Positions 10,003-21,933 of a stretch of DNA of 64,000 bases are shown here, one piece after another (positions within the stretch are counted from its first letter, which is position 1; every line of letters begins with the position of its first letter). The stretch lies in the NCBI GenBank assembly GCA_043228905.1, contig JBHGNT010000006.1, forward strand, positions 8,432,001-8,496,000, written 5' to 3'. Made by a program: the position numbers and the translations under genes. The DNA comes from Azolla caroliniana. Lineage: Eukaryota; Plantae; Polypodiophyta. The notes under the pieces were generated by a model. That model saw only the letters and a program-made list of their open reading frames with translations. It was not told where the DNA came from and searched no databases.

Positions 10003-13000
10003 TCACTCCAGCATGGGATGTCTTACTAGTCCGACCCGCTTCCGGCATGCATCCACCTTGTCAGGTGTCAGTCCTTTGGTCAGCATATCTGACCCGTGCT
10101 CGGCCGTGTGGATCTTCGTCAGCGCAAACTCCTGGTCATCTACTCTTTCCCGGATCCAGTGATACCTTCGCTGGATATGCTTTGTCCGGGAATGGTAGGC
10201 CGCATTCTTAGCAAGGTGGATGGCACTTTGACTGCCGCAGTAGAGTTGGTATTCATCTTGCCGGATACCGAGCTCTCCGATGAAGTCCTTCATCCATAAT
10301 ATTTCCTTCCCGGCTTCCACAGCCACCATGTACTCCGCTTCCTTGGTTGACAACGCAACCGTCTTCTGCAGCCTCGACTGCCACGAAACAGCTCCCCCTA
10401 CATATGTCATTACATACCCGGATGTAGACCGGTTGGTATCCACATCAACCGACATGTCTGAATCAGTAAAACCGTCAAGTTGAGGTTTACCGGAGCCGAA
10501 TCGGAGACACATGTTCGAAGTGCCCTTCAAGTACCGGAGTATCCATTTGACCGCGTTCCAGTGCTCCTTGCCGGGATTGCTCATAAACCGGCTCACCACT
10601 CCGATTGCGTATCCAATATCTGGTCGAGTACACACCATTGCGTACATTAAGCTCCTGACAGCAGAGGCATATGGAGCCTTCATCATATCCGCCTTCTCTG
10701 CTTTCGTCTTCAGGCTTTGCTTACCGGATAACTTGCAGTTTGTCGGAAGTGTCGATCCGACCGGTTTCGCATCTGACATGTTGAACCGCTGAAGCACCTT
10801 TGTCACGTACTTCTCCTGTGACAGCCACAGTTGCTTCGTTGGCCGGTTCCGGATGATATGCATCCCCAGCATATGTCTTGCCGGACCCAAGTCTTTTATT
10901 GAGAAGGTCCGGTTGAGAGCCTTCTTCAGCATGCGTATTTTGGTTTGGTCCCGTCCGACGATCAACATGTCGTCCACGTACAGAAGGAGTATTAGGAAAT
11001 CACCTCCTTCAAACTTCTTCACAAACACACAGTGATCGGCCTGCGTCTTGTGGTACCCTTGATCGGTCATGAAGGAGTCGAACTTCCGGTACCATTGCCG
11101 GGGGCCTACTTCAACCCGTAGAGGCTCTTCTTCAACCGGCAAACCAGGTGCTCCTTCCCTTTCTCCACGAATCCTTCCGGTTGCTGCATGTAGATCTCCT
11201 CTTCGAGGTCACCGTGAAGGAATGACGTCTTCACGTCCAGCTGCTCTACCTCGAGGTCCATGCTTGCCACTATACTCAGCACCGTCCGGATGGAGGTCAT
11301 CTTTACTACCAGGGCAAATATCTCGTCGAATGTCCACGCCCTTCTTCTGCTAGAACCCCTTCACCACGATCCTGGCTTTGTATCTCGGGGGGTTGCCGGC
11401 ATCTCCCGGTTTCAACTTGTACACCCACTTATTTCAGAGTGCCCGCTTTCCTTTCGGCAACTCCACCAATTCGTACGTATGGTTCTCATGCAGGGAATCC
11501 ATCTCATCCTGCATGGCACTTAACCATTTTCGGATGTGGGTGTCATCCTTCGCTTCTTCGAAGCTTTCTGGCTCCCCCTCATCGGTTAGCAGCACATGCT
11601 CTGCATCCGGAAATCTCCGGGGGGGCCTTCTCTTTCTAAGAGGATATCTCCGTCTCTGGGCTTCGGTAACCGGCTCCTCCATTTGCTCTTCATTCAAATC
11701 CGATTCGGGGTCTTGGCCAGTTCCGGTTTCAGCTTCCTCTACTTCTTCTTCTGTCGGTTCAGTATCCTCACCGTAACCAGTTGGTTCCTCGAGTGCTAAC
11801 CGGTCTCTTGCCGGTTGGGTCTGCTCATCGTGGAATCGATCCTTACCTGTCGACTCAGAGTTCATTATCTTCTTCTCCGACTCCCAGTCGGCGAGTGTCT
11901 TGTCCTCCATGAAGATAATATCTTGACTCCGAAATACTTTCTTGTCGACCAGGTCCCACACTCGGTATCTGAACTCATCGTCGCCGTAACTGAGGAATAT
12001 GCATGGCCGGGTCTTTGGATCCAACTTTCCTCTCCGGTCCTTAGCTACATGCACGTACGCGAGACACCCGAATACCTTCAGATGCCGGTAGGATACTTCC
12101 TTACCGGTCCATACTCTCTGTGGCGTGTCTCCGTCCAAGGGTACTGAGGGTGATCTGTTTATCACATATGTCGCCGTCGACAGTGCCTCAGCCCAAAACT
12201 TCTTGGGTAGTTTTGCATGCGCAAGCATACTCCAAACCCTCTCCATTATGGTCCGGTTCATCCTCTCAGCCAGCCCGTTTAGTTCCGGCGTCTTCGGCAC
12301 GGTAAATTCGAGCCGGATTCCCTTCGAGCGATAGTACTCCTCGAACTGCCCCCGGTATTCACCTCCATTATCTGCTCGAACCACCTTCAGCTTCCAGCCG
12401 GTTTCTCTTTCCACTCTCGCGTGGAGCTCTTTGAAGACGGATAACACCTGATCCTTCGTCTTCAACGGTGTGGCCCACAACTTCCGGTTGTGGTCATCTC
12501 TGAACGTCACGAAGTACTGCGATCCTGCATGTGACTTCGTGTCCACTTGACAAACATCAGTATGCACCAACTCCAGTGGTGCATTACGTCTCATCGGTGG
12601 CCTTGGTCGAAAAGAGGTCCGGTTTTGCTTTTTGGCCAGACAATCAGTGCACTTCTCCAAGTGCACGTTCTTCACTGGAATGAGGTTGTCGTCTGCAAGC
12701 CTCTTCATCCCCTTTTCGCTCATGTGACACAGCCTCTTGTGCCACAGCTCACCGGTAGTGTCGGATGCCATGTTCACTTCCTCCGGACATAACCGGGCAT
12801 TCATCAGGTACAATGTGTTTATCTTCCGGGCCCGAGCCACAATCAGGCTCCCTTTGCTGAACTTCATAACACCGTTCCGGATGCTACCCGTGTAGCCTTC
12901 ATCATCTAGCCGACCGGCTAATATCAGGTTCAAACGAACCTCCAAAACGTGTCGGACATCCTTCAGCAGCATCTCGCATCCAGTTGGTGTTGTCAGCCAC

Positions 13001-14017
13001 ACGTCTCCTATGCCGACAATTTGGCATGTACCCTCATTCCCCATCCGGACACAGCCATGATCACCGGCTGAGTAGGATGAGAAGCATTTCCGGTCCGGGG
13101 TAAGGTGGAACGACGCTCTGGAGTCGACCACCCAGGTCATCTCGTCACCGGCAAGGTTTATCTCACTCTCCTCGGTAATGAGCATCAACTCTTCTTCACT
13201 TGCCGCGATTGCCGTCGTTCCCTTCCGGTCCGGCCCCCTCCGGTCTTTACCGTTCCGGTCCGGTATCCGCTTCGAATCGGTACCGTCGGTTTCCTTGTCT
13301 CTCTGGAAATGCCGACAGTTCTTCTGGAAGTGTCCCGGCTTGCCGCAATAGAAGCAAGTAGGCCTCCCCCTTGACTTTGACCGTGTCCCCGACTTCTCAC
13401 AGTTCTGGGGACTACGGTTCCTTTGTCTTCCGCGTTCCGATTTGGTAAGGAGCGCTTTGGAGTCGGAGCTCTTATCCTTATCTTTCCGATGCGCCTCCTC
13501 ATCTAGCAAGCTCGACTTTACTCTTGCTAGGGATAACCGTTTCCCTTCCGGCCCGGCGTTGCCCAAGGTGACAACCAACGTCTCCCAGCAATCCGGGAGG
13601 GAACCAAGCAGGAGTAGCGGTAGTACCTCATCGGCGAGAGGTACTTCCAATGATGTTGCCTGGTGGATCAGCCCCTGGAAGGCATTCATGTGCTCCGCCT
13701 TGCTAGAGCCATCTTGGTACCGGAGTCTTACTAGCTTCCGAAATACCGAAACCTGATTAACAACATTTTTGTTTTGAAACATGAGCTCATGTCGATGAAG
13801 TTGTTGTATAGGCTCATGTCGATGAAGCACCGTATGTACGCCGTTGTCTTCATGTGCATCACCTCCCATATCGTGGCGTTGATTTTGTCCGGTCTCTTGT
13901 CCCCGAACTGAACCGGCAACCAAAGATCTTTAACCACGAGCATGTCCCTCATCTTTGACTTCCACATAGAATAGTTGGTGCCGGTGAGCGTGAACATGCC
14001 TCCCAACGAATCATCCA
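10003..14017 (-). pseudogene. Copia B gag-pol polyprotein (gag, Zn knuckle, protease, integrase, RT, RNase H), disrupted
   Basis: CFYCGKPGHFQKNC, WVVDSRAS, WHKRLCH...CTDC, RADNGGEY, NGLAERMNR, QLDVKTSFLHG, LLYVDDML, YHSRTKHI. Frameshift near 13790, stop at 11434, further frameshifts between ~11100 and ~11400. Confidence 0.93.
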
Positions 14018-17000
14018 TTTTCTGTGTCGTTTTGCTCTGATACCACTTTGACAGGAACACATGCTCCCGATGAACAACGTTTGGCCACAACCGAGCTTAA
14101 ACTCATAAAACACAGAAAAACGGGGAAAGAAGGCACGACACAGTGAGGAGAAGAGTACACAGGATGTTTACGTGGAAAAACCCAAATACGGGAAAAAACC
14201 ACGGCAGCCCACAGACTGCAAACTATCACTATGTCAGAATGTACAAAATGGTAAAGCATCGAGGCAACGACCTCGAGCTTTCTATCTTCACCACAAGCGG
14301 CGGTTACAACAGAGGCAACGACCTCTTCCTCTCTCTCACTCTCTCTATACACAGTTGCGCACTCTAATCTTGCGCCAACAATCACAACAACATCACAGAC
14401 ATATATTTACAACAGTTTGCCCTAAGTCATATTTATACTAAAAGGACTTTTCGGCTATTTACAAATATAGCTGGACTCTCAGAAACATATTTACGAATAT
14501 GTCTCTTCATCCGGTGAGCACTCCTCATCGGGCCTGCATCATCCGGCGCTTGCCGGGTACTCGTCATCTGGTTCTCACCGGGTCTGCGCCATCCGGCTCT
14601 CCGTAGCCGGGTACTCTTCATCCGGTTCTCACCGGGTCTGCACCATCCGGCTCTTCGTAGCCGGGTACTCTTCATCTAGTTCTCACCGGGTCTTCACCAT
14701 CCGGAGGGATCTATTTCCTCACAACAACTTTGCATCTTGGGAGTACAAGATGCACCAATACTTTGTCGGCCAAGGCTATTGGAGCTACATCAAAGGAGCA
14801 CAAGAAAATCGATCCGACCCAAAGGACGCAGAATACTCAACATGAGAGCAAGCGGCGAGTCAAGTAATGTATTGCTTGGCGACATGTGTTCATGACCACA
14901 TGCTCATCTACATTCGAGATGCCGAAGGAAGCATGGGAGAATCTTAGGAAGATTTTTGTGGCCAACACAACAACACGAAAGCTTCAACTTCGCCAAGAGT
15001 TGAAGAACATTCAAAAAAGAGACATGTCCATCAAAAGCTACACCTTGAAGGTCAAGGAGCTTTGTGATTCACTCGGCTCAATAAGCGTCAATGTGGAGGA
15101 TGATGAGATGGTGCAAATATGCCTCGACAGCCTTGTACCACGGTTCGGCGCAATGAGGACCACCGTACTAGCAAGGGAGAATCCTCCCTCTTTCTTAGAC
15201 CTTCAATCCATGTTGTTGGTTGAAGAAAACCATGTTCGAACAAGGAGCAACGCCTCAGAAGGCCACATGCTCTACACACATTCAAACGGAGGAAGAGGAC
15301 GCGGTCGAGCAAGAGGCCTATTCAGTCAAGGACGAGGGAGACGAGGTCCAACTTACGAAAATAATTCCCAATTTCGGCAACAAGACGGAAGTCATCGAGG
15401 AACCTTCGGAAGAAGTGGGAGCTTCCATTCCGGTCCGAGCCGACAAATCTCGACCGAGTGCGGATATTGCGACAAAATCGGCCACCATGAAGAAGAGCGC
15501 TGAAAGAAGAAGCAAGAGTTGGCTTCCACAAGCCGAAAACTCACCAATTACGCCACCAACTTTGACTATGACGATCAAGGCGGAATGTTTGTGATGAGAC
15601 ATAGAGCAAATTCTATGTCGGTTTCTACTTCAAATAGTGCCTTTAGTTCGGGAGACGTATGGTTTGTCAACTCTGATGCCTTGAACCATATGACGCCTCA
15701 TGAAGAATGGTTCCGAGACCTTCGAGAACCGGATCAACCCGGCTATGTTGAAACAGGAAACGACACTATTCATCCGATTCGACACATTGGCAATGTTCCA
15801 TTCGGCAAAGAAAGTAACCAAACTTACAAATTAAGAATGTCTTGCATGTACCGACCATCACAAAGAATTTGGTCTCAATCGGCCAAATGGTGGAGCAAGG
15901 CATGCAAGTTACACTTAACGAAGGCGGTTGCTTCATTGAAAAAGAGGGTCGACTCATCGTTCACGATCAAAAGGAAGGTCGAATGTTCATTCTCGATTCA
16001 CACAAGATTAAATCGGCCATGTTTGCAAAAGGCACCAAAGCCGACATAGACATAGAGTTATGGCACAAGAGGATTGACCACAACAATGTCAATAAAGTCA
16101 AGGCAATGCAATCGAAAGGAGTCATCATCGAGCTCACGATCTTCAAAGAGAAGGAGATTGAAGGCGTATCTGTAGCCTGCAAATTCAGCAAGCAACATCA
16201 GCACATGTTCCCGAAAGAGAGGAACATGAGCAAAGGCGTACACAATGTAATTCATTCCGATATATGGGGACCAGCTCAAACGGCTATATTCGGCGGATGC
16301 CGATACTACGTGGTCTTTATCGACGACTTCTCTAGGCTCACCTCGATCTACCCCATGTGGCAAAAGAGAGAAGTATTCAAACACTTCCAAAAATTCAAAA
16401 GTGAAGTCGAAAAGACAACCAGTCATCATGTACGATGGCTTAGGTCGGATGAAGGAAAAGAGTACTTCTCCCACGAATTTTCGGCTTTTCTCTAGAAAGA
16501 AGGAATTTGGCAAGAGTTTTCACGTCGACTTACACCGCAACAAAACGGAGTAGCCGAATGCAAAAATCGACACATCCTCGAAGTAGTACGGGCCATAATG
16601 AACGAAAAGAATATGCCAAAGTCATATTGGGCTGAAGCAGCAAATATTATCGTCTACCTCATGAACAGGTGCACAACATTCAATGTGCACGAGGTTACTC
16701 CACACGAAAAGTATTGTGGGAAGAAGTCGGATCTATCCCATGTAAGGATATTCGGTTCACTTGCATATGTGCACATTCCCGACGAAAAGCGATAGAAGCT
16801 CGATCCTAAGTCGGAGAAGTGTATCTTTGTAGGATACTCACTGGAGCAAAAGGGATACAAGTGTTATAACCCCTCTACTCAAAAGGTTCGTGTAATTCGA
16901 AACGTCGTCTTTGACAAATCGGCATCATGGTATGAACTCGAGCCACTCCTTCCAAACCATTTATGAATGACCTTGACAACACAGAAGACGAAGTTCGACT

Positions 17001-18972
17001 CGAACACATGTTTGAAGAAAGCCTGACAACAAGGCTTAGTGGGCCACAAGAGCCCCCTAGTGACCAAAGCGCATCTCGGCCTAGTCCGAAGTGGACAAAG
17101 GCAAGGCGAAAATGTCGGAATATGAAGACGATCAATTCGACGGCAACGAATCGACTCAGTGCACTCCCTCGTCAGTGAGTTCGGTGCCTTCGATGTACCT
17201 ATCATGAGGACACTTGGTGTAAAGAAAGCCATTGCCATTGCAAACGAAAAACTCCGTCGCTCCACCTGTGAGAAGAATCTTGCTAGCCGATTCGGCTACA
17301 ACGACTATTTGGCATGTCACTATGCCTTTATGATGAAGGTGGCGACAGTTCAAGAACCGGAAAACTTTTCCGAAGTAGCCAAGGATCCACGATGGGTCGA
17401 AGCAATGAATGAGGAGATGCAAGCACTATGCAAAAACGAGACATGGGATCTTTTCCCCCTCTCACCGCAATAGAAGGCAATCGGTTGCATATGGATATAC
17501 AAACTGGAGTATAATGTTGACGGTTCCATCAACCGTTACAAAGCCTGACTCGTAGCGAAAGAATACGCACAAACACATGGAGTCGACTAAGAAGAGACCT
17601 TTGCCCCGATGGCAAAGATGATGGCTGTGTGGACCTTGATTGCACTTGCAATAGCGAAAGGGTGGCACCTCCATCAAATGGACGTCAAGAACATCTTTCT
17701 TCAAGGAGAATTAGAAGAGGAGGTGTACATGGTACAACCACCCGGCTTCAAAGCCAACATTCATCTGAAAATCGTCTGCCGACTCAAGAAGCCTCTCTAT
17801 GGCCTTAAGCAAGAACCATGTGCTTGGCATTCGAAGATAACACAATATCTTCATCGAATCGGCTTTCGAATGTCAAAATTTGACAACTCCCTCCACATAA
17901 GAAGCGATTCGGGAAGTCTGATTGTCATCATCCTATACGTGGATGATCTTGTCATTGGAGGTGAGCATCTCATCAACATCAACAAGGTCAAGTTCCTCCT
18001 CTCCAGAAAATTCAAGATGACGGATATGAATGAGTTCCATTACTTTCTTGGCATCAAAGTAATTCGGACCCCATCTAACATTATGATCTCCCAACGACAC
18101 ATCCTCAACTTGTTATACAAGTTCGGGATGACTGAGTGCAAATCTGTGGCAACCCCTCTCGATCGAAATCTCAAACAAGAGTGCGAGCCAACTCAGTGTT
18201 GACAACTCATCAGGAGCCTCATATATCTCACGATCACTCAACCCGACCTTAGCTACCCGGTTGGCCTCCTCAGCCAATTCATGCAAAAACCACGAGACAT
18301 TCACTTGGATTGCGCTAAGCGAGTATTACGATACGTGAGTGACACAATGGATTGTGGTATTCTCTACAAATCGGCCACACCAATTCGACTCGAAGTGTAA
18401 ATAGATGCCGATTGGGCCGGCTATAGAGCCGATCGACGATCAACCTCCGGATTTATTTTCTCCCTCGGCAACAGAGCAATTTCGTGGAGTAGCAAGAAGC
18501 AGTCGATTGTTGCACTCTCAAGCATAGAGGCCGAATACAGGGGTGTCGCCATATGGCTCAAGAGAATTTTGAAGGATCAAGGGATTCTCATCAAAGGTCC
18601 GACTCCCCTCTGCAGCGACAACATGAGCAATATTTATCTGGCTTGGAACCTAGTATTCCACGCACGCACGAAGCATATCGAAGTGCACTATCACTTCATT
18701 CGAGAGCGCGTTCAGGCCAGAGATGTCGACCTTCAACGCATCAACACGCATCTTCAGACAACCGACATCTTCACCAAAGCCTTAGGAGTCGACAAGCTTT
18801 GGCAATTCATGTCAGACCTTGGATTGACGATCCCTAACTTGCCAAGCTTGAGGGGGAGTATAAAAGAGAACCGAATACTGTCTGAACCGGGCACCAGCGG
18901 AAGCGGACACCGGATATTGGCCAAAGTGGACATCAAACGAAAGGAGTCGACCAAGTTGAGCTTGAGGGGGCG

Positions 18973-19439
18973 TGTTGAGAATCAAGCTCAACCTAGCCTT
19001 GTGTGTGAACACACCCTTTGAGAATCTATGAGCACTCAAAGGTCAAAAGTCATGCCATTACTCTCTACACATTAAGTTTTAACTATGTGTCATAGAATCA
19101 TATTCTATGACACATAACTAATTAGTTCCACATTCCCCATGACTAATGAGTCTTCACATTCCCCAAGAGAGAGTGGTTATTGTAGCAGAGGTAATGAAGA
19201 GAGAGGGTGACCTTATATAAAGCACCCTCCTCCTACTTCATAAGGTGTCGATTGTCCTCCCTTGTAATGCTACATTTTGTAATTGATATTCTACTTGTCA
19301 ATATACAATCTTCTTGAGTATTCTATTTTTCATTCTATAATCTATCTATCTCGTGTTTCTCTTCTCTCCTCTTTTACACACACACACACACATAACACAC
19401 ATCTCTTCCATTGCACAAAATCATATGTGATTCCTTACA
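18973..19439 (+). repeat. 3' LTR of Copia A
   Basis: Near-identical to 8428-8889 with scattered substitutions and small indels. Confidence 0.95.
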
Positions 19440-19746
19440 CAAACCATAAAATAAGATGAAAGCTTGCAAACCATAAAAAAGATGACTAAGTATTAAAAGC
19501 CTTGGATTTCCATATAGTAAGATGTGATCAAATGTAAATGAAATGAAAAGAGATAACAATGTAAAAAATAGAAATAACCATCAAAATACATACCGTCTTC
19601 ATTTTGCAGATCGAATGAGGATGGTAGGTGATTCTCGTGGGCGGAAAGTGGTGCTCCTCTCTGATTCTTCCCTCCAAATACCCTAAAACTCTATTTTAAA
19701 AATAGGTTCAAAATGAGTGATTCGGGGTTTTTATAGTCAGTGCTCA

Positions 19747-19872
19747 TTAATGAGCAGGGCTCCTAGCCCGACTCTTGATTAATGAGCAAGGCTCCTAGCC
19801 TGACTCTTGATTGATGAGCGGGGCTCCTAGTCGGGTTCTTGATTTATGAGTGGGGCTCCTAGTCGGGCTCCC
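19747..19872. repeat. 32-bp subterminal tandem repeat x4 next to the right TIR of MULE-A
   Basis: Unit TTAATGAGCAGGGCTCCTAGCCCGACTCTTGA. A related AGGAGCCCGACT motif occurs near the left end (~3381, ~3437). Confidence 0.9.
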
Positions 19873-21933
19873 CAATAAGTGACCATTTCTTTGCACGTTT
19901 TTTTCCACATCGGACGGTGCAGATCACACGTGCCCTCGATTGAGCGACCTACACCGTCTCTCTCCGTGATTCCCTCACTTGCCGTCTTCAATTTCTAGAG
20001 GTATTTAGACACATTAGTATGTGTATGTGATGCAACCTACGTCTCTATTCACAGACGGCGCAGTACATGTATCAAGTGGCATTTGCGATCTGCAACGTTT
20101 GACCTCTACCCATAAAAAGAGCGCTCCTAAAACACAACTCGGCTCCAACAAGCCTCTGCCACATCTAACCCGAGTAGTGATGATGCCATTTCATTACCTA
20201 ACCCAGACTCTGTTAACCTAACCCAAGCAATGTAATTTTCTAAACCTAACTCGAACTCTACTAGCCTAACCCAAGCAGTGTAATTTTCTAACCCTAACCT
20301 TGATTCTACATACCTAACCCAATCTTACGAGCCTAACTTGAACCTTCTGACCTAACCCGGGCACAACTACAACGTTGCTAAAACGAATATTTGAACCTAC
20401 CACACCTACGCTTGACAACTACACTTGCATCTAGACTTGAACCTCTACTTGGTAAGTATTTTTCTTCTTTTGTTCATTTGTATTTGTCTCCATTTAGGGA
20501 TTTACGAAAGATATGTTGAGTTTCATGTTGAGATTTGGAACTTCATTTTTATCAATATGTTGTGTATGCATAAAAGATCAATCAAATAGTTCAACCTTAC
20601 AATCCCATATAAGAGGCAAAAGGAAAACTAGAGTGTCATCTACCGTTGGGAATCTGGAACACAAGATAAAAGCCTACGGTTGGTAATCTAGAAACTACCA
20701 ATCCTAACAAATGATTGGGTCATGCGGCAAACCACTACTCTTGGTTGCCTCCGATAGCTCTCTAATATTTTTACATATCAAAGTCTTCATGTACATTGAT
20801 TATATCATTTTTAATCTTGTAATGCAAAGCATATTTAATCCTGAATACAAGTTCATTGATGATCATAAAAGCTTGCTCATACAGTTGATCTTAAAGAGTT
20901 TTCCAATGAATAATTCTCTGCAACTTAAGAACAAAAGATGTGCTTCAATGTGAGACTCAAATTTCCGGTTCAGCAAAAATAATATTTTAGTTCATTAATC
21001 ATCATTAACATATTCCCTCATTCTAATTCCACTAATTCAATTAAAAAAGATTACCATTAATAATACCTCTTCCTTTGTGTGCGAAATGTAACCACCATCT
21101 AACCCTCTTGAGAATCCATAATCATACATTCTCCTTCTCTATCTTCTTCATCTTTGTTCTCCATAACTTGTTGCTCTTCCACGTTTAATCCATCTTCCCT
21201 TTCAAGGTCCTCTTTTGAATTTTGGAATCACAATTCGAAATAATAGGTTTCTTTAAGTATGTGCAAGAATTAACATCTGAATGCCAGATGTACTGATAAT
21301 TTGGTTTACAAACAAAAGACAGCTACAAATGAGTAAAATACGACGTAGAAGCACTATAAAAAATGCATAAGATTGTTTGATTGATGCAAAGGTAGAAAAA
21401 ATCACGATAACTAAATATTTTTTCTTCTCTGCCAAAAGTTTAATGTCCTCTTAGCTAGTTTGCAGCTCTATAGGTAAATTTTTGAATAGTTGAAAGTGAT
21501 GCCGAATAATTTATAAGTAGATATTTCTCAACTAGTTTCCATCGATGCCTTCTCGATCCCTACAATTTCTTGACGTGGATGGAGATTGGGGTGAAAGAAA
21601 ACCCAGTGAGGAGAGGTACGATTCAAATTCATTTATAAAAAAATGTGTTAGTCATCGCGGTGTTTGCACTTTCTAAAGCCTTTGTCCCCTCCATATTGTT
21701 TTGGGCCTCCATACATCTTGAATTGTTGGTTTTTATACTCTTTTGTACATAAGCCTTACTGTCATGAGAGAAAATAGAACACATTCATTAGAACCTCAAT
21801 GACTATCACATTTTTTATCAATGAATTTGAATCCTACCTTTAATCATTGGGTTTTCTTTCACCCCAATCTCCATCCATGTCAAGGAATTGTAAGGACGGA
21901 GCAGCCATCTATGCAAACTGGTTGAGAAATATC

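Larger units (their letters stand above)
9097..14723 (-). mobile_element. Ty1/Copia LTR retrotransposon B (Tnt1/Tork-like), nearly full length, nested antisense in gag of Copia A
   Basis: 5' LTR 14049-14723, 3' LTR 9097-9992, PBS TGGTATCAGAGC at 14045-14034, PPT ~10009-9995. TSD ACAAT (9092-9096) versus ACAAC (14724-14728), one mismatch. Removing it restores Copia A gag EKLDRNNFASWEYKM. Confidence 0.96.
8428..19439 (+). mobile_element. Ty1/Copia LTR retrotransposon A (short LTRs), degenerate, interrupted in gag by Copia B
   Basis: LTRs 8428-8889 and 18973-19439 (TGTTGAGA...TTACA), TSD CAAAC at 8423-8427 and 19440-19444, PBS TGGTATCAGAGC at 8890, PPT at ~18963-18970. gag, protease, integrase, RT and RNaseH fragments at 14724-18860 (HSDIWGP, FIDDFSR, HQMDVKN, LYVDDL, HARTKHIEVHYHFIRE) with many stops. 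Confidence 0.96.
3247..20011 (-). mobile_element. Decayed Mutator-like DNA transposon (MULE-A) with diverged TIRs, expanded by nested insertions and spanning the assembly gap
   Basis: 3247-3365 (TGTCTAACTACTACCAAAAATTCAAGAGGGCATGTGAGGGAAT...GATCTCCACCGTCCAATGTGGA) aligns to the reverse complement of ~19895-20011 (TGTCTAAATACCTCTAGAAATTGAAGACGGCAAGTGAGGGAAT...GATCTGCACCGTCCGATGTGGA). A transposase lies inside. No TSD was resolved and linkage across the N gap is assumed. Confidence 0.7.

Noticed and set aside
9507-10162. Repeat proteins (MKSTRLRRAGWCRPGENR)n and the antisense ORF
   Set aside because: By-product of a stop-free 54-bp LTR array; no evidence of coding function.
20190-20360. Interstitial telomeric repeats
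   Set aside because: CCTAACC motifs are dispersed at ~20-bp spacing within foldback arms (mirrored at 27900-28170), not tandem TTTAGGG.
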